Of a DNA stretch of 64,000 nt, positions 1 through 12,620 are shown piece after piece. Position 1 is the first letter of the stretch. Each line of letters begins with the position of its first letter. The notes beneath the pieces are model-generated. The model did no database searches and had not been told where the DNA came from. It saw only the letters and a list, made by a program, of their open reading frames with translations. The stretch is from Balanoglossus misakiensis. Taxonomy: Eukaryota; Animalia; Hemichordata. The position numbers and the translations under genes were made by a program. The DNA is taken from NCBI GenBank assembly GCA_040954595.2, contig CM082593.2:5535434-5599433 (forward strand). The letters run 5' to 3'.

Positions 1-3000
1 GGGACGGTGGGGAAACAGTTGCCATGGCAGCCGGGATTACCAATACGCGCGGCAATTAGTATTATCATTCAGATCACTGACTTTTTAATATCATATTGCA
101 TCACGCTGATACCGGGTCACATTTACAAACGGTCAAGACGTTTCACGCAAGGACCTCTGTGATGTCAGAGCCACAGGGTGCGATAGAGGCGCCCGGGGGC
201 CTTGAACGCACCATGGAAAGCCTGTCTCCAAAACTCTAATATAACAATTTCTGCTCCCAGGACTTCAAGTGTCAGAACGTACTCCCAGCGCTGGTAAACG
301 TACCCTCCAATTAAAACTTGGCCAGGTGATGTTTCCTCTGCATTATCAGATTTCTGGGTGGTCGTAGTAGTTGAAAATTAGCAGATCTAGTGGACCAAAA
401 CGGAACTGGTCAAGAAAACTTCGTCATTACTTTTCCATTAAAGTGGCATAACATCTTCACATGTCAATGCAACATAATATTATTCAACTGTTTCTTCCAC
501 AGAAATTTTCGTCACATTCTGCTTTCCCCCCCCCCCACAATAAAAAAAAATTACTCCAAATCCAAATGCGAATTTAAATCTGCATTTACTGTACATTTTC
601 ATCCTCGTTTTTTCAGCCTCTAAAACATTTACCCAGAGTGTGTGTTACCTATTTGAAATGGAATATTCCTAACACATGTACTCCACCAGTAAGCCACTAT
701 AAAGCCAAAAATCTTAAAGTTCAGACCAATTGCCCTTTCTATAATATTAAACAGACTACCCAATCTCTTCTATGCAAAATCTTATGAATCATCACCACAA
801 ACTGGCGATTTACAACCATATACTATCCCCTACAACATCTACATTAACATAACTACAATATTTGTGTAGTTACCAGGGCGACAGCCAATCAGACGCCGGC
901 CTCATCAGCATGTTCTGAAAGATCAATGTTGACTGGAATCTCTATTAACCAAATAAAAAATCTGATAAATAAGTGCTTTAAATAGCTAGTCTACAGTAGC
1001 TGAGGAATGTCTGAAATTTTAGTATTTTCAACACGGTTTGAAGTTTACATGTACAGCAGTGGAGATGACCGAGTCCAAAATAAACAGAGCGTGAGGCCAG
1101 CCCCTTGGCTGGAGACAGATCATGACTTGAGTACAGACAAGAGAGAGAGCCTCTCGGAAAGTACCAATTACGGCACGACCGGAGCACAGGCCTTCTTTTA
1201 CCGATGCCTGGATTTCACGGCGGTAGAAACAAGAGAAATCATGATCGGATAAGCTTTCGCTGGGTGAGCTGCCCTCGCACATAGTTGGCAGTCTTGCGCA
1301 TAATTGAAGTGACTCGGCAAAAACTCACGCAATCAGACTTCCGAACACCGACTTGGGTTTCTGGTGGTGCTGTTCCAGAGTTCACTCAGCGTCTACCAGT
1401 AAATCATCCAGCAGAATTGCAAAAGTATTACGAAGCACCCAATTCACAGCAATCGAACAGAACAAACGAGCAAAAACATATTATCCTACATAGGGGATAG
1501 TATTCCAACAGCCCTTTCAATTAATGTACTGGGTTTTTTTCCAAATGTCTATCCAAAATCTTAGAATAAAACGAATAAGAATTCTAATTCAGTTTGAGTC
1601 AGTCAATAGAATTCTGCTCATCCTCCAGATTCTTATTTGTAACATTTTCACTTTTTTCCAGAAATGATGTTTCTAATTATAGCGAATAAATACTTTCTCT
1701 GCTCCAATTACTCACCTAACCTGTCAGCACTAACACATTCACCTATGATTACAAACTTGCAAACTGACAATTCTCAACAAGCTTTTTCCCCTTGAACTAC
1801 CTCTTGAGATATGCCAGGATTGATACAGGACTCTGCAGACACTGGGCATCTGCATTATCACAACATGCACCGCTTCCAATTAAATTTCACTACGAGTATA
1901 AAATGCGAGACCTACATCTCGAAGTAACGGAAATACCCCGATACTGTTTCCTAACTGTGAAAATGTATACTCCGGAGTTTTAATTTTTTTTGTTTTGACC
2001 TGCAGTCAGTGATGAGCCATGGCTGGGGTAGGCAGAATGATGGTGACGACAGTAAATCACCAAAATGACAACTGCTCGTTTTTCCGTGAAGTTTTGACAT
2101 GACTCCCAAGACATGACTCCCATCTTGTAAGAAGGGCACACTCAAAACTAACACAGTTCAGCTTGAACCACTTTCATAGAGGAGGGGATGTCGAGGGTTT
2201 TTTCCCTGCTACCTGAATTTATAGTCCACTATCCCACAAAATAAAAGTGTATTTGGTAAACAAGGCTCCTCCCCATTTTTTTAAAATGGACTGGTCCACA
2301 CTCGCCAACTGAAAACAACACAGGACAGGTTAAAATAACTCCCTAATTTCCAACTTCAAATTTCTATCAACCATTTCGTTTTACTTTCATGAACTTTAAT
2401 TTAATAGGGGGCTATTAGCCAGCCCTCTGAAATTCTGGTCAAAGAATACTGGAAGCTATAAAAATGAAACAGAGTCAGATCAGGCATAGCTTTAGTGGTA
2501 TAGAGCAACATAAAACGTGTGACAAGTTTTGATGCTCTTTCTCGGTAAAGACAAAAAAACAGTCACATTCTTTAAATAATCCTGGCAGAGGTTGAATGGC
2601 CGGGGAATGTCGCCGCCATAAAACTGCACTTTTGTGGTGATTTTTTAAGAGGGAGGTGGACTGCAACGCGGGTAATTGCCAAAGTCTACCCTTCTCTTGA
2701 TCGGCGGGATTTTTATAACGTCATGAATTTGGAGCACGGGACCCTGGGAATTGGCGACGTGGGACACGGAACAATGCGACGCCGAGATGAGCAGAGTGGG
2801 AATTGAACTCGGAATTTGACAACAAAACTGGGACAAACACTGTGTCTTTTAAAAGAAACTGTTACTTCGAGATTGGACCCTACAGGAACTTCACATTTTC
2901 CAAACCAGACAGCTAGGATCATCTTTACAACCCTGCCCTACACAGTAGCAGTACTTTATCCCGCGCTACCATTTTCAAACTGAATTGGAGCCTCTCTATT

Positions 3001-3341
3001 CACAGGCTCTTGCCGTCAGCACGACTCTACCCGACAAAAACTGAACGTACAACACTGTAATTAGACATTCCTCTCCTCGGCCATTTGCCCCACTCAACTT
3101 CTTTCAAGAATCTCTTCATTTCTCTATTGCTGCCATTACTCGAGATGCTCGCAAAGGCAACAATGCTGCACGCGAGGTCAGAGGATGCCCACAGGGGACT
3201 GTGTGGAATTGAAAAGTATTTGTATTCACATTCGTAATAATTGCAAAACTTCATAGTTATGGATGGGCTATACACACCGATCCCAAGTTGTATCCATGTG
3301 CTAGATGTCCAATTACGCAGTACAGAAAATCCCTCAGATTC

Positions 3342-3457
3342 CATTCATTCATTCATTCATTCACTCACTCACTCACTCACTCACTCACTCACTCACTCAC
3401 TCACTCACTCACTCACTCAATTAATTAATTAATTCATTCATTCATTCATTCATTCAT
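3342..3457. repeat. (ATTC)n/(ACTC)n microsatellite
   Basis: Compound tetranucleotide repeat read directly. Confidence 0.95.
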
Positions 3458-6400
3458 GCACTCAATTTATTTATTCAAATTTCAAGATTTATTCCTCATA
3501 AGAACAAATTTTCCTCCCCCCCCCCCCCCCCCCCACCCTTCCAATTGTAAAACACACGGTGGTCAAAAACTTCGTGACAGATGCAAAATACCATTTTAAT
3601 ACTGAATACCAATGCATTCACAAACTGCTCATCATGGGAACATCACAGGAGATAACCCCGATTGAGTGTTACAAGCACAGACAGATAAAGCACACTTGTA
3701 TATACTGTACCATGGAAGCCTCGAGTTTTCCACATTGAATGTTTCCCTTAGCGGATCACGTTGTAAACCGAGGCGTAATGGCATTAGCAGACCAACACTC
3801 CGCCTATAAATCACTTCGCGCTTCCTGATCAAATTAAAAAGTGTATGTCGAAGGATATAAAAAAATAAGACAGTCCCAGGTTTGTGGAACATTTCAACTG
3901 CATTGGACGGCGAATGATTGTATATGGTCAAAGAATGCGGTAAATGATAGTATGTGGTGTGCGTAGAAGTCGCGGCTGATGTCCACAACGTGCGCTGTGT
4001 CATACCTTCCCTGCCACGGAGTCCAAACTATAATTCCAGCAAGCATACCTTGCTGATGACGTCTGGCCTACTGAGTTTCTCCAGTGCTATGTGAGAGAGA
4101 GTGTACATCCATTTGTGCCCTGCCATGTACGAGCAGAAGTATGCAGAGCCCAGGCCGGGACCTTGTTGTTTTAGAATTAGCACAGCCCAGCAGAGACTTG
4201 GAATTGGCTTTTTATCGTCTTTCTTGTTTACACCCGGGGTACGATCGAACGAACGCCGGGAAAGGCTGAAAATTCCGCCGAGGACTGGAAGCATCCAGGT
4301 CCGGATGACTCAGAAACCATGCATGTTTCTTGACAACTGGAAAGAGCATGCAACCATGCAAGATATGTAGCTGAAGCCTAATGATAACAAAATTATACAT
4401 ATTACATTATCAGCATCTCATGTACGTTTTATGCATGAAAGCGTGCATCGCGCTAAATCTCATTAGCTTCGGTTAGTATATATTACCATTTGGAATTTTG
4501 CAGAACAATTTTGGCAAATATATACACAAAATCTGACATACGTCTAAGCAGTTTTGGTCAAGAAATTTTTACAAGTATTTTGATCCTTTCCACAAATTTG
4601 GGTCTGCACTCTGCAGTGAGTAACTTATAAACTCAGGTGTTACAGCACACCATCCTTGTAATTGCACAATTTTGATGATTATTTAAATGACAGGCCAGGT
4701 CCTTTCATTTCCTCTGCGGCCTATTTCAGCTGTCAAGAAAGACTTTTTAATTTCCTTTCATGGACGGCAAATTTGGGCGACAATATTAATCATCTGGCAT
4801 AAAACAATTGAAGAAACAGGAGTAAGTTTCTCCCCGTCAGGACTTTCTTACTCTTTCTGAAAAGTCGCAAATATCATCAATCTTGAAACGGTTACAGTAA
4901 CAACTGACAGTTTCTCGCGCACAGAGTCTGTAAGCGAGAATGATCTTTCACATATGTACGATGACGTAGTCTTACACAGGGACGGAGGGAGTTCTGGTGT
5001 TTTGTCTGGCCTTCTTTTAATAAAGCCTTCAGATCTCGCTAATGACCAACACATTACTTTCAATAAATCTGTCCAACAGCTCAATTTATCGTGCAAAGTG
5101 ATGACCCCCAACTTGCGCTAATACACCACATGTGTGTAGTGCACTGTTGATCGGGAGAGTTCGGTGGTAATTTCTGCCAATGTCAGCAACTCGCGATTTT
5201 TTTTTCTCTACCAACATGACAAATCTTTAACCCTGTGCAGAATTACAATGCAACTCAAGCTCCGAGATTTGATATCGCATAACTGTCTTTTTGACATGTC
5301 TGCGAAACTTCACAACAGAATATGCCTGACCTCTGCAGATGATGGGCGATAATAAGAAGACCCTGCATGATTTTCGACGGCGTGCACATCGCACAATCGC
5401 TACCCGGTGAAACCGGTACGTAGGATTTATCACACCCAAAGTCACAAATCATTCATAATTTCACGCACGCAGATGGAGAACAATGCACAACACATGTTTT
5501 TCACAGTTGCAGTGTCGTCACTGGGGGGAGGGGACAGATTGAGTTGATGGTTAGGTCTCAGAAATCAGATGTATAAATCACCCAAGCAGTTTCATACGAG
5601 CTGATCTATGTAGCATGATATTGATATTACATTTTATGACACAACACGACAGTGCACAGCAGCATCGAAAGCAGCGAATTCCCCGAGTGACGTTTGCAAT
5701 ATTGGTGATCGATGCCACGGTGGTCTAGTTATCTATTGAAGAATACAATCATTTCTCCTGAGAGGGTATTACTTCCTGACTCTTGCAGTGATTTGTAATT
5801 CACACACCGAAAAACACACAAACCAATGGGATGTGATCATTCTAAGAACAGGAAAATGACACTTGGGAATCAATTTGCATGTTAATCTGAGGTGGAGTGT
5901 CAATGAAAAGTGATCTCGGTACTAAGAAGTCACCAAAATACTTTGCAATGACTGCAAGCCTTGGACAAGCACACCTTGTGCCATCAATCTGGTACTGAAC
6001 CATTTGGTCAATAGTTACTACAGCAGTAAAAACATCACAGGCGACAGTACTGATCTTTGGGATGGGGTTTTTCACAGGATGAGTTGAGTGTTCCATTTGG
6101 CATGCTCATCACACTATTCAGGATGACACACTTGGAATTCACATATAACAAACAACTTTAAATTCATAAGGATTGAGAGGTTCTCAAGTTTAATCGAGAT
6201 TAACAGGCAAATCTCTTTTCACTGTAAGGCAGGACTTTCTCCCATGTATTCGGAGATTAGGAGGTTGCATTTTGACAGCAAAGGCCTTGACTTGGATAGT
6301 CCGTTGCTGTCATTCTGTATTATGGAGGCCCTGTGAAATATTTCACAGCTTTTTCTCGTTCTTAAGAGATCGGGTCTGAATCTCCCCACGTCCGAGAAAC

Positions 6401-9400
6401 AGGTGTTGGTGACACCTACATCGTACTACCACCTAGGAAGTTCTTTTTTTTCTGTCTGTGAGAAAATAACCAGACTACAGCTGGAATTCTTTATTCACTT
6501 CCAGCGCAGCTTTGCAGGACTGCTGATCATTAGAATGCACACAAGATGCATCCACGACTCAAGGCTCGATTGTTGTCGCCGTCTTCTCAATGCCCTGCTA
6601 ATAGACGTACAATGGCAATGTTGAACCTGACGGGCACTTCAGCCATGGGCAACCGACCCCTCAACTCGACACAAATTGAAGTCACCAGACTCCCTATCAC
6701 ACCGAAGTTAATCAGCCCACATATTGTTTACATCATCAGTCAGAACCACAGATATCTTGTACATCAAAGACACAAAACTGACACACAAATTGATTTTTCT
6801 GATCTAAATGTTTACATTCTTTTCTTTTCTTTTTGAGGGGGGGGGGGGGCAAAACACAGAGCCACCTTTTCCACAACAGACAACGAGATACACATTAATC
6901 ATCCATGGATGTGTGTTACATAAAAAGGCCAAGCACTGGACACTCTTCTTAATACCTTCCATTGTTATGGCGTGGCCTCCTTGACATCGGGGAATTAATT
7001 TAACCACACGCGGTTCATTTGCACTGGTTCACACATTTTTCTTCCGCTAGAACACAAACTATTTTCGTGTTTATTTTCCAACGATTAGGAAGCCTAGTGA
7101 AAACAGGTAAAGGACTGCGCTACAGGGCTAGTAATTCGCAAGCACCGGCAATTACCAAAATTTATCACACCCTGCCACAACACAGCACGGGGGAAACCAT
7201 GCATGCTACCACCAGCCCCGGTGCATGATGAATTACCACAACGGCCAAGTTACTATGGCGCATCAAAAATGCTTCCGGTAATGTGACGTATGGTATACCA
7301 GGGTTGGCACATAGCAAGTCCTAAATAGCTGACAAGCACAATAAAACTACAGATAGTCTGCGGAGCTCATTAAAGCCTCTTGAAATTCTCATAATTCTTC
7401 TTGAGGCGGCTTATCGTGAGCACCTATCAGTCCACTCCAGTCGAGGATTTGTACAAGAGTTTATCTCGAAAACCCAAGGATCTACAATTCACAAAGACCA
7501 CTACACAGTTCAGCAAACATTAAACGATAACACACTGAGGCAGCAATAGAAGACTGATTGCTCGTCATTTTTTTTTTATTCCACTGAGAGAAATATTTCC
7601 CTTTCTGCAAACCAACATGGCCGACACACAACTTGTTCCTTGGCAGTTCACCTCATCACGACCTCTAATCTGCATAATATTTGCATATATCTCTACAGGG
7701 ACATTGAAGACTTCAAGCTAAAAGATTTTGGCAAATGTGGCTCGCTTTGTGAAGATCTGACTCTAAGCTGACTTCTGGCTTCGTAATTCCACTCCACAAC
7801 ACTTGAGAATTTCAATACTTTACTGCCTGAGGTAAGAGCAGTTCTCCCCTACCGCTGAGTGCCGTTTCTTTTGTGCATAACACTAGTACTAGAACCGGCA
7901 ATAGTCTGGACAGACTTAGAAGTAAACACATTTTCATTAGTTGAGAAGTGCCAAGCATGCAGAGAAAATTATGCTAAAATGAATGTTTAATATTAATTCT
8001 TCTCCAGTTCCCACTGAAATACCCATTTCATCTAACGTCTAAAAAGGTGGCCATACAGCTCATTTCAACGTTACTAGACGGGATCACATCAAAAAATAAA
8101 AAAAAGGATCAAATATTACATGAATATTCATAAAGAAATGGGACATGCACACCCCAGCACCCAAACACTCACACTTGACCGGCCACACATTGCAGCATTT
8201 CAACCAAGTACATAATATCCATTTGTTCAATTTTCCCTTCGGAGGCTATATACACACAAGGAATTCTAAGCATTCACTCGGGTTAGGTGAGACTTTCACG
8301 GAAGACTAGTGGCAACTCTAGCAGAACCACCCCTCCACAACAGCTATTCAGTGGATTCTGGGCCATCCACGCGTCGATCACACCTCCTAACCTGTTGATC
8401 GAAGCCAACAATAAGGGAAGAACCATATGTTTTCTGCGGGGGGGGGGGATGTCAGAATTTGTTTCATTGCTAGTCCAACTTTTCCTTGAGAAGTTCAGGC
8501 ATTGCAGAATCAATACATTCCTACATGCACACTATCTGCCAAATGTGTTTTGCTTAAAAAATACCCCCCCCCCCCAAGAATTCATATGGTTCTCCCCTAA
8601 GCCTACAGGAAATTTGCTGAATATCAATTCCAATAATTAACCTCTTCTGGTCAATCATGCCCAGTCATGAGCACTTCATTCATTTCATTACTTTGCAAAT
8701 TATGGTTGATTATAGAAAGAACATATGTGAGTTGCCAACAGCTTGGCACATATTTGTTTACGTTACCATAGCAACAATTATCAAGCCGCATATTTCGTAC
8801 AATTATATAGTATCATCAGTCATTTTCCGAAAATAGCGAAGCAGACATAAAATTAAGACTTATTGTTCTTTATTAAGTGAGATACATCATGCCAAATTCT
8901 GTATTATTTGATCATTCAACCTACAGCACTGGAGCAATATCGATATTCCAAGAGAGAGAGAGAGAGAGGGGGGGGGGGGGGGAATTTTATTTGCCAGAAT
9001 ATAGCCATGCCACAATGATTTCACGTCTTGAAAGGGTCTTTTTTTTAACATACCAGCTCACACTCTACACTACCAAGTTACCCATACCCACTGGACCACC
9101 AGCAGTGAATTCAAAGGTCATAGAGGTCACCTACCAGCGCCATGGCAACGCATTAGCCTTACATGGTCCCTTCGGCAGTGCCAAGCAAAAAATGATCGTT
9201 TGGAGGGTCCCTCAAATATATCACAACCCTCTTTCACCCCTCCCCTATAATTCTCACTATTATTAAGATTTGTCACCAAGCTCAAAATATTTGATTTATT
9301 TAGCAGACTTACTCAGACTGTAATCCAGTATTGAATACAGCTACTACTGTTCAAAAGTCATTCCACATGTAAACAGAGTTCAGCTCTTTACAGCAAGTCA

Positions 9401-9436
9401 GAAAAGACTTATTTACGTGTGTTGACCATGGGGCTT

Positions 9437-9541
9437 TTAACCCTTTCACCCCTCCCCCTCCCCCCAGTTCCCTTTTCAGAGATTCCATTTCACCATAGGA
9501 AACAATGGTTTTGGAGCAAACCATTGTGGCGAAAGGGTTAA
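9437..9541. mobile_element. Short TTAA-flanked MITE (piggyBac-like)
   Basis: TTAA CCCTTTCACC ... GGCGAAAGGG TTAA inverted ends; internal AACAATGG..TTTGGA..AAACCAT is shared with the copies at 10124 and 55351. Confidence 0.7.
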
Positions 9542-10123
9542 GCTGAGTACCCAAAGATGTGTCACTATTAGTATTTATTAAAAACCCCATACAAATAATC
9601 AAATCTCCTTGACTTTCACATGAAATATCAAACAACTAGCAAGTGTACAAATTTGACAAAAGTGGAAGATAAAATACATGTTTTTGTTATTTTAAAATAA
9701 GGGCACAAAAGGTCAATTTGCTGAAGTGGTTCAACCCTTCAACCTACTAGATATGAACAGGTTTGTGATGTAAATCTAAGTGGTGTATTACATAGCCCAC
9801 TGAGAGCTGTCAAGTTTGACAATTCCAACACCAACAGAACAGAGAGACTTAGGCAGGATAAGATTAAGGGCTGTGGAAAACAGGTGCTCGAGAAGTCAAA
9901 GGTCACCAAACCAATCCAAGTCATGGGTGGTGATCACCACCATCACAGTAGGAAAACAAAAGTTACACAACTCTGCTTGTAAGTCGCTGTGTGCCAATCA
10001 CATCTACAAACATATAGCAGACTCATGTCTCAAGTGCGATTGTCAATATCATAAAACACCGCCTACATACTACCGCCTACACAGCTATTTGCTGAAAATC
10101 GTGAGAAACAGCTCTCCAGCCTA

Positions 10124-10244
10124 TTAACCCAGAGAGTGTGGCCTAATCCTATACACCCCCATTTCCCTCTATAAACTTATTAAGGCCCAACTTTGTGGTA
10201 AAAAACAATGCATTTGGAACAAACCATGGTGGTGAAAGGGTTAA
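10124..10244. mobile_element. MITE, same family as 9437-9541 (left end degenerate)
   Basis: AACAATGCATTTGGAACAAACCATGGTGGTGAAAGGGTTAA right end; TTAACCC at 10124. Confidence 0.6.
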
Positions 10245-12096
10245 AAATTAAAGGTGTGAAGTTTGCCAGTATAGTTTATGATTATTCCAACAATAATAAT
10301 CAAGTTGTAAATTGCTCTTTAGTTATAATCAGAAGCATAAACTCCTACTGATAAGGTGAACACAGGAAGTGTCATAACTTAGGCTAGTACTGATAAAAAC
10401 TTGGCTTGTTTTTTTTCAACCACTGACAGACATGCTTCTTGCTAGCTATGTTCACTCCCTCAGTCCAACTTGTTTTGTTTTGGTTCAAAGGTACTACCTA
10501 TTTGAATGGGCCTGGTCAATAAAAGACTTCTAGAATATCCCCCTGGGCAAGTGTGAACACTTTTATCTTAGCATAATAGGATATTGTTAGTAAGGTCAAT
10601 TAAATTACACTGCTACAAGTTGGAAATAAATCGCCAGGCTAGCTACAACATGAATACTAAATGCGTCTCAAAGTTGAACAGGTTTCTGTGGGCCTATTAG
10701 TGTATGCGTGTGCCTTACTGGTAGTACACAGTGCTTATGGAGGGCTAGGAAACACACTACGGGACAATGTCGGGCTTATTATGACAGTAAAACGTGTGGC
10801 ACTATTGAATCGAGGGGATTTTCATGTCACAATTTTTACCGGGGCAGCGTTTAGCCAGGGCTCTACAAATGACTGCTACGGTACTGTCTGTAACTATCAA
10901 GAAGCCGGGTTGACTACAAGCAGCTGACGCGCACAATGCAATGAACACAATATCAGACCAGGGCTTTTCCGGTACACGCACTTTTTCACTATACGACCAT
11001 TTATCTCAAGCGGTCTTAGAAAGCCCCCAGAATGGCGTGGCCTTACAAGAATTACGGTCCAAAAGTGACAGACGGTTGAGCGAACAAATGAAAGGTTCGC
11101 TCAATGGGAAAGGGAAGACTTATTATCATACAACGACGACTACGGTCGAACTTCTTACGGACCACCGCTGGGTTGCGCAGGCCCGGTCAATGAGGCATGT
11201 ACATTTCACTATGTTTTACACCGGTCTTGCACTTAGCAAAATCCAAGAGCAGCATTCAAAAAGCCATCAAGCTACCAAGAATTAGGGGTATTACACACAT
11301 GCACCCCTTTGTGTCTGTGGTCCACGGCTATTTATCGTTCCTTTTAATAAAGGCGAGCAAAATTACAGAGACAAGTTGTTTCTTCCGCTCTTTTAGAAAT
11401 TCACTGAGCACGGATCATTTACACGGAACTGCAGCTAGACACAGTTATCACTCCGGCTCAAGGAGGTGTTATCGGTCTTTGTAAGCGCGGTTTCCAAGCG
11501 GCGGAGGTATGGAAATGGCAGCTAATAATACCACTAAATACCCACCAATTTCACGGCAAAACTCACTCTAGAAATCGATCTGGCGTGTAATACTACTGTA
11601 ACCAGAAGACCGCCGTTACAATTACCGGCTCTCCAGACTAGGGGGAGAGTTGTATACGAAAGGAATGCGGGTGGTTAAACTTTCACACGCACTGGCGGAG
11701 AAAACTTCAATACGCGCTTGCAAGATCTCGACTTGAGAACGTTTCACTGGCAAAACGAAGACACACTGTTATCACCCAGTGTCTCGTAAGCAAACATAGT
11801 TGAAATAAGCCGTGTCACGGAAGAGGGTCTCATCTATCAGATCCAGGTAAATAAGAAAACGCAACAAATGCGCCGCACAAACATGAGTGCGCCCCAAATC
11901 GGTTTGAGATACACACGCTTGCAATATTATACGCTCACGTTGGACCGCTTTTTGTTGCTCGCTTCAATGAATGTGTCAATCGGTGAACCCGCTGAAAACT
12001 GGCCCCCCTTTCACACTCAATAACGCCGTCTGACACCCATCTTTTATCTGACACACGGTCTAAAACTACACCGATTCTGGCAGCAAAGGAACTCAC

Positions 12097-12620
12097 CTGG
12101 AGGGCAGTAGCACTTCTCCTTTTCCGACAGAAATTCAGTTTGCCTTTTATGTCGCCCTGTTATTTCAATATGCTTCTCTATTCGCTGCAATAGATGGGGG
12201 AAACAAAAGTTCGGGTTACGAAAGAGAATCCGGCACAATATTATTAACAGTACTTGAACAATACCAAAAGCGATGTTTACAAAACACTGGCTGTAAGCTA
12301 ATAAGTTTGGAACAAAAATGTATGGAACTTGCCTCCGAGAAAAGTTCATCAAGACGCCTGTTCAAATAATCCTCCATTCTCGTCGTTTCCTGGATTTCCG
12401 AGTTGGAAATGCGTCTGTGAAGTTGAGAAATCCTACTGTCCAACACTATGTAAACGAACACTACTGCTACTAAACAGAACACGGAGCTGAGAATCCCACA
12501 GCACGTCATTCCAAACCACGTCTTAGAGTTCATGTCCCTTGTCGCCGCTGTCCTCTTCGACCCACACTCGAATATTCTTGGTGACTTGATCATGTCCGAT
12601 TTCCCGTCTACCGGGTCCAT
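12097..12620 (-). CDS. Transmembrane (MACIT) collagen, COL13A1/COL23A1/COL25A1-like; first two coding exons only, gene continues past the left edge
   Basis: Exon 1 12620-12333 (96 codons): short N-tail, TM helix (TCCGILSSVFCLVAVVFVYIVL), coiled coil (LDSRISQLHRRI..MEDYLNRRLDELFSE), phase-0 donor GAG|GCAAGT. Exon 2 12184-12097 after acceptor ttgcag: RIEKHIEITGRHKRQTEFLSEKEKCYCPP-G|gtgagt. The furin site (RHKR) followed by CxCPPG is the MACIT NC1 hallmark. No Gly-X-Y exons were found in 1-12096. Confidence 0.85.

Noticed and set aside
1007-1282. Overlapping ~80-aa ORFs on both strands
   Set aside because: No recognisable motifs or consistent splice signals.
4028-4294. Minus-strand ORF ending at a strong donor AAG|GTATGC, considered as an alternative first collagen exon; also a nearby GLRGREG-like fragment at about 4006-4024
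   Set aside because: The ORF exits in phase 0, whereas downstream collagen exons need phase 1. The phase-1 frame contains a stop, and the fragment has no in-phase acceptor.
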